Positions 19,800 through 30,580 of a DNA stretch of 64,000 nt are shown here, piece after piece. The notes under the pieces are model-generated. The model was not told the DNA's origin. It saw only the letters and a program-made list of their open reading frames with translations, and did not search any database. The stretch lies in assembly GCA_964540725.1 (NCBI GenBank), contig CAZINU010000004.1, forward strand, positions 12,233-76,232, written 5' to 3'. Made by a program: the position numbers and the translations under genes. Source of the stretch: an uncultured Candidatus Peribacteria bacterium. GTDB lineage: Bacteria; Patescibacteriota; Gracilibacteria; BD1-5; UBA2023. Position 1 is the stretch's first letter, and each line of letters starts with the position of its first letter.

Positions 19800-21938
19800 A
19801 TGCGCCTCTTCGGCTTTTCCTCGCTCCCGAACGTTCGCCTTCCCGTCGCGGCGTCCGTTCTCGCGGCGTCCGCCATGCCCGCTTCCGCGGCGTTTTTCTT
19901 TTCCGAAGCGCTGCCGAACACGGCCGACGACGCGCTCCTCGAATACGTAGTCGTCGCTTCCGATTCGTGCGTGCCCGAAAGCCTTTCCGGATACGCGCTT
20001 TCCGACGCCTCCGGAAAATCGTTCACGTTCGGCCCCGGCGACGCGTTCGTTTCGACCGGAACCTTGAAAATTGGCCGGAACGTCACGAAAATCACGCTCA
20101 ATAACGAGAACGAATCGCTCTTCCTTCGAAACCCGGCATGAATCCTCGTCGATACGTTTTCGTACGCTACGAGCGTGAAAGGGGCGCCGATTTTCCGGGT
20201 TCCCGAAATTCCGTATCCGGCGTGCTTTCCGACGGAAAGCTTTGGCGTACCGGAAAATTCCGGCCAGTCGGACGGTTCGGAAGATTCGCCGACGCCGGAC
20301 GAAACGCTGTCCGAACCGGAGGTCGTGCCCGAAGAAGGCGCGTCCGTTCCCGGGGAAGGGGGAGCCGAAGAATCGGCCGATTCTTCCAGCAGTACCGATT
20401 CCGATGGGACCGGCGAATCCGAAGCGTCGGAAGATCCGGAATCCGAAACGGGGGCGACCGTGCCGGATTCTTCGGAGACCGACCCCGGAACGCCCGCTCT
20501 TCTATCTTCCGCTCCCTCCGAAGACCCTCTCGGATCTTTCGAGAATTCGACCGGGAGCGTTTCGCCGGAGGCGTTGTCGTGAGCGTCGTACGCCGAAGGG
20601 GAGTCGCTCTCCGCCGTACCTTCCCTCCGGACCGAAGGCGTTTCGGATATCCGGGCGACTCCCGAATTCCTTGCCGTCGTCGATTCCGATAGCGACGGAC
20701 GGTTCGATCGGTTGGACATAGCGTATTCCGAATCCGTCACGGGAACCGTAACCCTCTCGGGCATCTTTCTTTTTTCGGCGACCGGCGGACTCTTCGAATC
20801 CAAGGTCGCGACCGCGACCGGGTTTTTCCGGTCGGCGTCGGCGTCCGGTTCGGTGCTCTCCCTTTCGCTCTCGGGCCCGACGCTCGCGAAACCGTCGCTT
20901 CGCGTCGATGCGTCCACGTCGAGCGAACTCCGGCTGAAATCCACTGCCGACTTCTGACTCCGAACGCTTGCCTCCGGCCTTCCGGTCGCCCCCTTCGCGC
21001 TGACGACCTCGTTCGATGCGTATTCGAAAGACCGGGTATCGTTCGTTCCGCCGCCCCCGCCGCCCCCGGCAAGGGTGGAATACGTGGCCGTTCCGTCCGG
21101 CACTTCCTCGACAATCCCTTCCGTCACCTCGTCGGAACCGGCGTCCGCAAACATTTCGAAGGCGTCGAAGCCCCCGAAGGCGTCGAAAACGGCCGCGCTC
21201 GGCAAGGCGAAAGTTCCGGCGAAAAATTCGGCAAAAGCCCCGTCGGTCGGCGGCCCGAAACCCCCGAAACCCGCGCCGACGGAAAAATCGGCCGCCCCAC
21301 CCAAGGTGGCGGAAGGCGTCGCCGTCGTTCCTTCCCAGGGCGTCGACCTTCTTCCGGACGGCACGTACCGCTACGAGTGCTTCTCGAAAACGTCGTGCCC
21401 GGTTTCGCTGAAAGTCGAAAACGCCCCGAAGGGCGGATACTGGCAGTTCTCCGACGGGCGCAAGCGTTTCGGCAATTCGACCGGAACCCTCGGGAAAGGC
21501 TTCGCCACCTACCGGCTCCGCTACGTGGCGCCCTCTTCCGGGCGGGATACGGAAATCCCCGTCCTTCTCTCGGTCGTTCCGGCAGCGGAAGCGACTGCGG
21601 AAAACGTCTCTTCCCAAGCGAAGGCGGTTTCGAAGGCCCTTGCGGCATCCAAGAGTTCCGCCACGTCGTCCGGGACGAAAAAGACGTCCTCCGGTACGGC
21701 GTCGAAAACGTCGAAACTTCCGTCGTCCGAATCCAAGGAACTCTCGGGCTCGGGCGCCTGAGCGGCGGTCGGTTCGAAAAAGTCGCCGACCCTCCGTCCG
21801 CCCGGGGTCGAACCGTCCCGCGATTCGTTCGCGCTCGCCCTTATCGCGGTTTCGCTCGTTTCCCTCGGGCTTCTCGCCGGCGGATGGATCGGTTCGAGAC
21901 TCTTTCCGATTCCGGGCGAGCCGGTCGAGCGCGCCTAA
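19800..21938 (+). CDS. Lamin-tail-domain (LTD) surface protein with an acidic low-complexity region and a C-terminal TM anchor
   Basis: Four ORF fragments in one frame, joined by TGA at 20139, 20580, 20955 and 21759. Signal peptide, then the LTD pattern FSEALPNTADDALLEYVVV...LSGYALSD...LNNENESLFLRNPA-G-ILVDTFSY. C-terminal FALALIAVSLVSLGLLAGGWIG. TAA stop. Confidence 0.75.
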
Positions 21939-22726
21939 ACGCGCCCTTCCTTTTTCGCCCGCAGGAAATTGAACAGGCAACGGAAGATGGCTTCTTCGAA
22001 CGACGCGAGGAGGGCCGATTCGATGACGCACACGGTGTCGGTTTCGATATCGACGATGGCGACCCGGTCGGCGTAGATGATCTTTTGGAAATTCTGCTTG
22101 AAGGGAAAGGGGGCGGGAAGGGCGACCAAATCGCGCCCGACTTTTTCCGTGGCGATTTTCGCCAGGTCCTCGTTCGTAATGACCATCCGTTCGATGCGTT
22201 TTTCGTCGCGCAGCCGGTGGTACGCGCCGAGGTTCCCGATTTTGTCGCGCTTTTCCGCCCGCGACGAATATCGGAAGTAGATGCCGTTTTTCGGAAGAAT
22301 CTCGGCAACTTCGGTATAGAGCGCGACCGAGGCGTTCGGGCCGTGCATGACTCGGACCTTCGGAACGGAACTCCCCGACCGCCTTCGGAACGTCCGTTCG
22401 AGTTCGGAAATCGTGGTAACGAGGGCGTCGTCCATCGTTTTTAAGAGGGCGCTGAACGCGCTCGGGTGGGCTGCCGTATAACGAAACCGTTTGCCCATTA
22501 CCTCGCGTTCGACCACGCCCGTTTCGAGGAGTTCGGGCAGCCGGCGGTACAAAACCGTCCGCTCGAAGCCCGTTCGACCCGAAATTTCGGAAAGGAACGA
22601 CGAGCCGTGCTTGAGGAGGTCGAGGTAGACGTCGATGCCCTGCGGATGGATTCCGAGGCGGGAAAGGAGGGTTCGATCCATATTGGAAACAAAAGTGTTG
22701 CGAAATACCATACCGATATTTCCCAT
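21935..22726 (-). CDS. TrmB-like HTH transcriptional regulator
   Basis: N-terminal winged-helix pattern LSRLGIHPQGIDVYLDLLKHGSSFLSEISGRTGFERTVLYRRLPELLETGVV. Start could be ATG 22681 instead. TAG stop. Confidence 0.65.
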   Translation of the reverse strand: MGNIGMVFRNTFVSNMDRTLLSRLGIHPQGIDVYLDLLKHGSSFLSEISGRTGFERTVLYRRLPELLETGVVEREVMGKRFRYTAAHPSAFSALLKTMDDALVTTISELERTFRRRSGSSVPKVRVMHGPNASVALYTEVAEILPKNGIYFRYSSRAEKRDKIGNLGAYHRLRDEKRIERMVITNEDLAKIATEKVGRDLVALPAPFPFKQNFQKIIYADRVAIVDIETDTVCVIESALLASFEEAIFRCLFNFLRAKKEGRV

Positions 22727-22842
22727 ATTTAAAAGGAAAATGATTCAAATGAAAAAATAATCGTTCCATTTTTTATAAAACCTCGGTACGCGTTTTCGGA
22801 AAGTCGGTAGGGTTCGGGCGTACTTCCTCACCCCAAGCGACC

Positions 22843-23805
22843 ATGAACGCCCCCCGCATCGACTGCCACTTCCACACGACCAAATCCGACGGCGCGTATT
22901 CGCCCGAAAAAGCCGCCGCCGAAGCGAAAAAACGAGAGCTCTCGTTCGCCGCCGTGACGAATCACGACATTCTTGACCCGGAAACCGTCGGACTCCTCCG
23001 CGACGAAGGGATCGAATCGGTTCCCGCCGTCGAAATATCGGCCTGCGAATACCTGCCGGGCAATCGAAAAAAGAGCCTGCACGTTACCGCCTTCGCCCGC
23101 GAATTCGACGCGTCCTTCGAATCGGTGCTCGAAGGCGTCCGGGCCGCGAGGGTGTCGAAGGTTCGCGGCCAGCTTGCGAAACTCGAATCGTTCGGCTTCC
23201 AGGCTTCGTGGGAAGAGTTTCAAGACCACTGGACGTGCCGCGGCGTCGGCATTGAAAATCTCTCGAACGCCCACGTTCGCGATTTCCTCTTTCCGGAAGA
23301 CGCGCTTACGGCGCGGGCGGCGTTCAACGCTTCGCGGTATCGCGAAATGACCGGGCGCGCCTACGATCCGAAAACCTTCATTTCCCGACATTTGAAGCGC
23401 GAGAGCGATTCCCCGTTCGGGTACGTGGCGATGGCCGATTACGAACCGGGATTCGATTTCCTCGCCTCCGTTCGGGAGCGCACCGGAGCCATTCTTTCCA
23501 TCGCCCACCCGAATTGCACGTTCGAGCGCCAGGGAATCGGGGAGTTCGAAACGTTCGCCCTCCGGGCCCTCGACTCCGGCGCCGTGAACGCCCTCGAAAT
23601 CCACTCGTCCACCCCGCCAGAATGGATTGGGAAAATCCTCGACATCCGAAATCGGACCGACGCGCTCGTGACCTTCGGCAGCGACTGCCACTTCAAGCCG
23701 AGCTACGACGGCAAGCATTCATGGATCGGCGAACTCAATCCGCACGTCGACACCGCGCTCGTGGAAGAAGAGTTCGGCCGGTTCCGCCGGGCGCTGGCCG
23801 CGTAG
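22843..23805 (+). CDS. PHP-domain metal-dependent phosphoesterase
   Basis: IDCHFHTTKSDG...AVTNHD motifs. TAG stop. Confidence 0.85.
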   Translation: MNAPRIDCHFHTTKSDGAYSPEKAAAEAKKRELSFAAVTNHDILDPETVGLLRDEGIESVPAVEISACEYLPGNRKKSLHVTAFAREFDASFESVLEGVRAARVSKVRGQLAKLESFGFQASWEEFQDHWTCRGVGIENLSNAHVRDFLFPEDALTARAAFNASRYREMTGRAYDPKTFISRHLKRESDSPFGYVAMADYEPGFDFLASVRERTGAILSIAHPNCTFERQGIGEFETFALRALDSGAVNALEIHSSTPPEWIGKILDIRNRTDALVTFGSDCHFKPSYDGKHSWIGELNPHVDTALVEEEFGRFRRALAA

Positions 23806-23873
23806 CCGGGAAATTCGGAATCAGGAAACGCGCCGCCCCTTGCTTTCCGGAAGGGGCGGCGTAGTATTGGAGC

Positions 23874-24335
23874 ATGGTCCTTCGGAATTTTGGAAAAACG
23901 TTCGCGTGCCGTCCATGCCTCGCCTCCTTCTTTGCGGGAACGACGATATTCGGCCTTTCGTTTTGGTATTTTTTCCGGTTCGATCTCACGGCCGGAAATT
24001 ACGGGGCGTGGTACGCGTATTCGGAGGCCGCCGCCGCAGCCGCCAACGCCGTCCTTTTCGGAACGTACGCCGCGCTCGTCACCTACCGTTTCCGACATTT
24101 CGGCGGGCATTCGAAAAAACATTCCGGCATCGCGGCCGCTTGAGCTTTCCTTTCCGCGCTCGTCGCCGGGTGTCCCGCATGCGCCCCGACCCTCGCGTCC
24201 GCGCTCGGGCTCGCCTCGTTCGTGTCCGTTTTTCCGTTCGGAGGACTCGGATTGAAGGCCGTCGGAGCGTCGCTCCTCGCCATCGCGGTTTTTTGGACCG
24301 CGTCGAATTTGGAAGCGTGCAAGCTCCGCCGGTAG
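23874..24335 (+). CDS. Small membrane protein with two CxxC motifs
   Basis: ORF 23874..24143 continues through TGA 24141-24143 to TAG 24333-24335. CRPC sits near the N-terminus and CPAC in the extension. Several hydrophobic helices. Confidence 0.5.
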
Positions 24336-24411
24336 GGCGCGTTCCGTCTCCCCGCGATTTGGAAAAGTCCGGCGTTCGAATAGAATGCGCCGGTATTTTT
24401 CGATTTCCACC

Positions 24412-25293
24412 ATGAACAATTCGAAGCCCATTACCAAGTGCGTTATCGCCGCCGCCGGGTACGGAACCCGCTTCCTTCCCGCCACCAAGGCCATGCCGAA
24501 AGAAATGCTCCCGGTCGTCGACAAGCCGGTGCTCCAATACCTGGTCGAAGAAGCGGTCGCTTCGGGCATTACCGACATCGTCATCGTGACGGGGCGGGGG
24601 AAGCATTCCATCGAGGACCACTTCGACACGTCGTTCGAACTCGAGTACACGCTCGTGGAAAAGAAGAAGCACGCGCTTCTCGCGTCGGTCGAAGGCATTC
24701 CGAATTTGGCGAACATCGCCTATGTCCGACAGCCCATTCCGAAGGGAAACGGCGATGCCATCTTGCGGGCCCGTCCGTTCATCGGCGACGAGCCGTTCGT
24801 CGTGCTCTTCGGGGACGATTTGGTGAAGGGGCCGGTTCCGGGCGCCCGCCAGCTGATCGACGCTTACCACCGCAAGAATTCCACCGTCATAGCGCTTACG
24901 CCCGTGGCCGACGACCGCGTGTCGAGCTACGGCATTTTCGAACCGAAGACGTCCGAAGGGCGCGTCCACGCGCTCGAACGGTTCCTTGAAAAGCCCAAAC
25001 CCGCCGAAACCGCGTCGCGTCTCGGCGTTATCGGAAAGTACGTCCTCACGCCCGATATCTTCGAGTATCTCGAAGAGGCGCGCAAGGGCGACGGCGGATC
25101 GGACGGCGAAATCGGCTTGGACGACGGCTTCGCCCTCATGATGAAAGACCGCGACATCTACGGACTCGAACTCGAAGGTGCCCGCTACGACACCGGCGAC
25201 AAGCTCGGATTCCTTCAGGCGACCATCGACTACGCGCTCGAGCGCGAAGACCTCGGACCGAAGCTCCGGGAATTCATGAAGGGGCGGGCGTAG
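24412..25293 (+). CDS. galU: UTP-glucose-1-phosphate uridylyltransferase
   Basis: AAGYGTRFLPATKAMPKEMLPVVDKP signature. An alternative upstream start is at 24385. TAG stop. Confidence 0.9.
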   Translation: MNNSKPITKCVIAAAGYGTRFLPATKAMPKEMLPVVDKPVLQYLVEEAVASGITDIVIVTGRGKHSIEDHFDTSFELEYTLVEKKKHALLASVEGIPNLANIAYVRQPIPKGNGDAILRARPFIGDEPFVVLFGDDLVKGPVPGARQLIDAYHRKNSTVIALTPVADDRVSSYGIFEPKTSEGRVHALERFLEKPKPAETASRLGVIGKYVLTPDIFEYLEEARKGDGGSDGEIGLDDGFALMMKDRDIYGLELEGARYDTGDKLGFLQATIDYALEREDLGPKLREFMKGRA

Positions 25294-25373
25294 TCCGTTC
25301 CGTATGAAATTTGACAGCGGAACGTTCGGGGGTATAAATATTTTTGCCAAAACACAACGAAAAGGAGTCCAAC

Positions 25374-25754
25374 ATGTCGCCGCTCTTGCCGTTTCCGCCC
25401 GATTCGGAACTTCCGCCCGAACGGTACCTGGCCGAACTCGTCGGCTTCCATTGGAAGTTGGCAATGAAAGCTGACCTCCCCGTCGGCGTTCACGCCGCCG
25501 CCATCGGACGGTTTTCCCCTTCCGAGACGTTCCGCCTGCTTGCCGTCGAGGCTGAGAAGGGCGGAGTCGAGTTCCTCCGTCAATTCGAACTCGCGGCCTA
25601 CGGTCGGGAATCCGTCGATTGGGAATCCGTGCGCCGAAGGATTTCCGACCGGGAAGAATCGGAACGGAAAGTTGCCGGTTCGCTCGGATCCCGGCTGTTC
25701 CGCGCCTTCGCATGCCTCATCGGCATCGTTACGTTCCCGTTTCGGACGGCGTAA
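25374..25754 (+). CDS. Hypothetical protein
   Basis: ATG preceded by AAGGAG. TAA stop, terminator downstream. Confidence 0.5.
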   Translation: MSPLLPFPPDSELPPERYLAELVGFHWKLAMKADLPVGVHAAAIGRFSPSETFRLLAVEAEKGGVEFLRQFELAAYGRESVDWESVRRRISDREESERKVAGSLGSRLFRAFACLIGIVTFPFRTA

Positions 25755-25773
25755 CGGAAAACGGAACCGTCTC

Positions 25774-25807
25774 CAATCCCCGATTTCGGTCGGGGATTGA
25801 TTTTTTT
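25774..25807 (+). terminator. Intrinsic terminator
   Basis: caatccccga-tttcgg-tcggggattg followed by a T7 run. Confidence 0.65.
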
Positions 25808-25831
25808 CCATCCCTCCGTACCGTGGCGGAC

Positions 25832-26575
25832 ATGCGCCTCGACCTCTTCCTCTCGGAAACGCGCGGCATTTCGCGCAACCGGGCCCAGTTCCTCATAGGG
25901 GAAGGGCTCGTTTCGGTCGGCGGAAAAACCGTACGGAAGAGCGCGTTCGAGGTGGAAGACGGATCGTCCGACCGAATCGCGGTGACCGAAGACCCGCGAA
26001 CTTCCTACGTCGCCCGGAGCGCGGTGAAGCTCGAACGCTTCCTCGCGGCCGAGGGAATCCGTTTGGACGGCGTCGAATGCCTCGACGTCGGATCTTCGAC
26101 CGGCGGATTCGTACAAGTGCTCCTCGCCGCCGGAGCGTCCAAGGTCGTCGCGGTGGACGTGGGGACCGATCAACTCCATCCTTCGCTCCGGAACGATCCG
26201 CGCATCGAGCTCCATGAAAATACCGACGTCCGCGCGTTCGAGCCGGCGCGCGCGTTCGACTTCGTTACCGCCGACCTCTCGTTCATTCCGCTCGAAACGG
26301 TCTTGCCCGACCTGGTTCGGCTCGCCGCCCCGGGCGGTCGGCTCGCCCTTCTGTTCAAGCCGCAATTCGAAGTGGGAAAAGCGAACCTCACGGGAAAGAA
26401 GTACGTCGCCCGGGATTCCCGCGTCGCCCTTGCCGCCGCGGAAAAATTCGCTACCATGGCCCGCGAAGCCGGACTCTCCGAACTCTCCTTCCGTGAATCG
26501 GAACTCCCGGGGGAGGCGGGAAATCGGGAATATTTTTTTCTTTTTCGAAACGACGCATGACCAAACGCATCGTAA
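25832..26575 (+). CDS. tlyA: TlyA-family rRNA 2'-O-methyltransferase
   Basis: S4 domain (MRLDLFLSETRGISRNRAQ) plus the FtsJ-like LDVGSSTGGF motif. TGA 26558-26560 is read through to TAA 26573-26575. Confidence 0.85.
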
Positions 26576-27144
26576 ATCTCGTCTTCGAAGCTCTCCACCT
26601 GAAAAACATCAAGCACGAGGGATGGCGGTTTTGCGGCATTCCCGCTCCCGACAGCGTAGCGGAACATTCGCTGAATGCCGCGCAAATCGGCTACGTGCTC
26701 GCGAAAATGGAGGGGGCCGACGCCAATAAGGTGGCGGCCATGCTCGTATGGCACGATTTGGCCGAGGTCCGCATCGGCGACCATCACAAAATCGCCGCCC
26801 GGTATATTGCGAACAAGCGCGAACTCGAAAGCGCCGTAATGAAAGACCAGCTCGACGGGCTCGATTTCGGCCCCGACATTGCCGACCTTTTCGAACAGTA
26901 CGAAGATCGGTCTACGCTCGAAGGAACGATCGCGAAAGACGCCGACTATCTCGAACAAGCCTTCCAAGGGAAAATCTACGTCGAAACCGGGTACCACGTC
27001 GCGCAGAACTGGATCGACAACGTCGGAAAAGCCCTCCGCACCGAGAGCGCGAAGAAGCTCTGGAAGGAAATGACCGAAGGCCACTCGACCGATTGGTGGC
27101 TCAAAGGAAATCTGAAGAAACTCGAAGGCGGACCGTATCGATAA
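26557..27144 (+). CDS. HD-domain hydrolase (YfbR-like)
   Basis: AEHS...WHDLAEVRIGD motifs. TAA stop. Confidence 0.8.
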   Translation: MTKRIVNLVFEALHLKNIKHEGWRFCGIPAPDSVAEHSLNAAQIGYVLAKMEGADANKVAAMLVWHDLAEVRIGDHHKIAARYIANKRELESAVMKDQLDGLDFGPDIADLFEQYEDRSTLEGTIAKDADYLEQAFQGKIYVETGYHVAQNWIDNVGKALRTESAKKLWKEMTEGHSTDWWLKGNLKKLEGGPYR

Positions 27145-27154
27145 GCGTTCGAAC

Positions 27155-27556
27155 GTGCTTAAAACCATCGTCTCCATTCTCGTCGGCGCCACTACCTATT
27201 TCGTTCTTTCCGCAAAGTGGAACGATTTCAAGGCGGAGGACGTCCGTCCTGAAATCGTCGCCCAGTACGAAGCGATTCCGGAATGCCTTTCGACGTATCA
27301 GGCGTCGGCGTGCAACCGGAAAATTCGCCGCATTTCGGAAATTTCCGACTTCGAAATCACGGCCCTTTCCAAGGTGTCGGTCCAGGGGTCCGGCCCTCGG
27401 GAGTATCACGAGGACGACTTCTTTCTTTTTATCGCCTTCGCCGCTTCGGGAGCGACGGCCTTCCTTTTTTCGCTCTTTTCCCCCATTCCGAATACGAGGG
27501 AAGACTATCGAGCGACGTCCTCGCCGCTCGAAGGGATTCTCACTCCCGACGAATAG
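27155..27556 (+). CDS. Hypothetical membrane protein
   Basis: N- and C-terminal hydrophobic helices. TAG stop. Confidence 0.45.
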   Translation: MLKTIVSILVGATTYFVLSAKWNDFKAEDVRPEIVAQYEAIPECLSTYQASACNRKIRRISEISDFEITALSKVSVQGSGPREYHEDDFFLFIAFAASGATAFLFSLFSPIPNTREDYRATSSPLEGILTPDE

Positions 27557-27591
27557 ATTCGCCGCGCCATTATTTTTTAGCCGCCATCCTT

Positions 27592-28365
27592 ATGGGACGC
27601 TGACCGGTCGTACAACGACAAAAAGAACTTTCCGCGAAAGCCCGCGGGAAGGTTTTCGCCATCCATGCGAAGCTCATCGCCCTCGCCGCCCAGCGCGGGA
27701 GCGACCCTTCCAAGAATTCGCACCTCGCCGACGCCATAACGGCCGCCAAGAAGGACAACGTTCCCACCGATAACATCGATCGGGCCGTCCGACGGGGGGC
27801 CGGTCTCGACAAGGACGCCTCGCAGATCGAAGAAATTACCTACGAAGGATACGCGCCCGGAGGCGTCGCCATCGTCGCCAAAGCCCTGACCGACAACCGC
27901 AACCGGACCGCGCCCAACGTCCGTCACGTGTTTTCGAAATACGGCGGAGCCCTCGGGGAAACGGGGTCGGTTTCGAACTTCGCGTTCCGCTACCGGGGCG
28001 TGGTTACGGTCGCCGTGTCCGAAGACCGGATCGACGCGTTCGAAGAAGCGGTTATGTCGACCGATGCCGAAGACTACTCGGTTTCCGAAGGGGAAGCCCG
28101 CGTCGTGTGCGACGCGAAACACCTCGCCGCCGTGGCGTCCGCCCTCGCCGCCGCCGGATTCCCGAACGAATCGGCCCGGTTCGAATACCTGCCCACCTCC
28201 GAAGTCGAGCTTTCCGATTTCGAGAAGGCGTTCAAAACGTACCGGCTCGTCGCCGACTTGGAGGAAGACGAGGATATCGAAGCCGTTTGGCACAACGCGT
28301 CCATTCCGGCCGAAATCGTAGGGAAGATCGAGGAAGCGATCGAAGCGTCCCGGTTCCGCACCTAG
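27592..28365 (+). CDS. YebC/PmpR family DNA-binding regulator
   Basis: ATG 27592, TGA at codon 4 (27601-27603), then ...KARGKVFAIHAKLIA...NVPTDNIDRAVRRG...EEITYEGYAPGGVAI.... In frame with ORF 27928..28365. TAG stop. Confidence 0.9.
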
Positions 28366-28431
28366 CCGCCCTGGCTTTACTTCCTCCCTCTTTGGAATAG
28401 AATCCCCGCGTTTTCCTTTTCGAACTCCGCC

Positions 28432-28860
28432 ATGTCCGACCAAGCCGCAACGTCCGACCAGACTTCCGCCGGAACCAACCCCGTCGTGAGTGCCGACAAT
28501 TCCGTGTTCTTCGAGCTCGCGTCCGTCCATCCCCTCTCGGAATTCGACGAGGCTTCGTTCCTCGACCTCCTCGAACACTCGCTCTCCCTTTCCGTGTTCG
28601 AAAAGAAGCGCGTCATCGACGCCATTCCCACGCTCTCGCAGTTCCAAATCGACGAATTGACGAAGGTGTTCGAGGACGAACGGGAAGAATTCCGCAAGCT
28701 CATGCCGAAGGAAGGCGACACGATCCGCGATTTGGTCGTCAAGGCGAAGGACGGATGGAACCAGCTTCGCGAAATCTACCTCCGCGAAGCCGCCGCCCGC
28801 AATAAGGCCGACGAGGACCAGGCGAAGATCGATGCCCTTCGCGGACAGCTCGGCGCCTAA
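28432..28860 (+). CDS. Hypothetical acidic protein
   Basis: 142-aa ORF, TAA stop, terminator downstream. Confidence 0.5.
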   Translation: MSDQAATSDQTSAGTNPVVSADNSVFFELASVHPLSEFDEASFLDLLEHSLSLSVFEKKRVIDAIPTLSQFQIDELTKVFEDEREEFRKLMPKEGDTIRDLVVKAKDGWNQLREIYLREAAARNKADEDQAKIDALRGQLGA

Positions 28861-28892
28861 GGAATACCGATTCGAACGCCTCCGCGCTTTGA

Positions 28893-28938
28893 AAATCGGG
28901 TACCGAACCCTTCCGGGGCGGGGTACCCGATTTTTCCT
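28893..28938 (+). terminator. Intrinsic terminator
   Basis: aaatcgggtacc...ggtacccgattt stem followed by a T-run. Confidence 0.55.
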
Positions 28939-28993
28939 TGCCTAAAACCGAAAACCCGTACAATTCGGGAGTATTTCCGTTACCAACTTCCGC

Positions 28994-29926
28994 ATGCGCG
29001 CTCAAACCGCCGTCTTCCTTTCCTGCGTTCTTCTCGCTTCCTGTTCGAACCCGTTCGCCAAATATTTCAGTTCGAATTACGAATCGACCGTTCCCGCCGC
29101 GTCTTCCCCGGCCGCCGGAACCGGATCGGTCCCCGCGTCGGTTCCGGCGGCCGCTGACCGAGCCGCGAAGAACGGCGATACCGTCGCCGTCGACTACGTC
29201 GGACGCTTCAAGGATTCCGGCGAAGTATTCGACGCCTCTATCCGCGCGCAGGCCGAAAAATCGAAGAATTTCAATCCCGACCGGGATTACTCGCCCCTCC
29301 TTTTCACGGTAGGTGCGGGACAAATGATCAAGGGGTTCGACAAGGGCGTCGTCGGCATGAAGGTCGGCGAAAAGCGCACGCTCGAGATTCCGCCCGAAGA
29401 AGCCTACGGTACCGGCGGAACCGAAGAGGTCGTTCCGAGAAACTATTTCCAGGACTCGTTCGAAGAAACCGTTCCGCGCGACAAGTATCAGGACGAATTC
29501 CGCGTACAGGTTCCCGCAACCACGTTCGAATCGCAGGGCCGGAGCGTTCCCAAAGTCGGAGAAACCGTCACGGCCGGCGAAGTTACGGCGCTCGTCGAAA
29601 AATCCGAAAAGGGCGAATTGACCCTCGTCATCCGAAATACGTCCAACCCTTTCTACGGAAAGAAGCTCGCGGTCGGACTCGAGGGCACGTTCGAAGGGAA
29701 TGCCGTAAAAATTACGAAGCTCGACGACAAGAACGTGACGGTCCGCGTCGACAACCGCCAGAATCCCTTCTACGGAAAGAAGCTCGCGGTCGGACTCGAA
29801 GCCGAGGTTCAGGGGCAGAAGTACGTCGTCCGACGGGTTGACCGCGACTCGGTGACGGTCGAACGGATGCACGCCCTTGCCGGAAAAACCCTCGTATTCG
29901 ACGTGGAACTCAAGGAAATCAAGTAG
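28994..29926 (+). CDS. FKBP-type peptidyl-prolyl isomerase lipoprotein
   Basis: Lipobox LLAS-C. FKBP core DTVAVDYVGRF...FTVGAGQMIKGFDKGVVGMKVGEKRTLEIPPEEAYG. Duplicated NPFYGKKLAVGLE segment. TAG stop. Confidence 0.85.
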   Translation: MRAQTAVFLSCVLLASCSNPFAKYFSSNYESTVPAASSPAAGTGSVPASVPAAADRAAKNGDTVAVDYVGRFKDSGEVFDASIRAQAEKSKNFNPDRDYSPLLFTVGAGQMIKGFDKGVVGMKVGEKRTLEIPPEEAYGTGGTEEVVPRNYFQDSFEETVPRDKYQDEFRVQVPATTFESQGRSVPKVGETVTAGEVTALVEKSEKGELTLVIRNTSNPFYGKKLAVGLEGTFEGNAVKITKLDDKNVTVRVDNRQNPFYGKKLAVGLEAEVQGQKYVVRRVDRDSVTVERMHALAGKTLVFDVELKEIK

Positions 29927-30577
29927 ATGGAAATCCACTTCGTCACCCTCTTTCCCGAAGCCTTCTCGGCCTATTTTTCCGAGAGCATTATCGGTCGGGC
30001 CGTTCGCGAAGAGCGGTTTCGCCCCGTCTTCCATAACCTTGCGGATTTTTCCATCCGTCCGACCCGCCGCGTCGATCGGCGGCCGTACGGGGGGTTTCCC
30101 GGCATGGTCATAGAACCCGAACCGCTCGCGCTCGCGCTCGAATCGATCGATTACGCCGCGGGGGAAACGCTTCCGAAGATCCTCCTTTCGCCCCGGGGCG
30201 AACCGTTCCGCCAGGAAACGGCGGAATCGCTCGCGGCCCGCAATTCCCCCCTCGTGCTCGTGTGCGGCCACTACGAAGCGGTCGACGAGCGCGTCATCGA
30301 ACACTTCGGCATTCGGCAACTTTCCGTCGGACCGTTCGTACTGTCCTCCGGAGAGCTTGCCGCCATGGTCGTGGCCGACGCGGTCGTCCGTCTCTTGCCG
30401 GGCGTCATCTCGGAGGAATCCCTCCGGGAAGAATCTTTTTCGGAATCCCTTTGACGCCGGACCGAATATCCCCATTATACGAGACCGGAAGTCTGGCGCG
30501 GTCGCCGGGTGCCCGAAGAGCTTCTCTCGGGAGATCCGAAACGCGTCGAAGCCTGGAAGCGATCCTTTTACGCCTAG
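29927..30577 (+). CDS. trmD: tRNA (guanine37-N1)-methyltransferase
   Basis: FVTLFPE...GGFPGMV...[11 protein letters not shown] motifs. TGA 30452-30454 joins the C-terminal ...[13 protein letters not shown]...[17 protein letters not shown] stop. Confidence 0.9.
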
Positions 30578-30580
30578 CCC

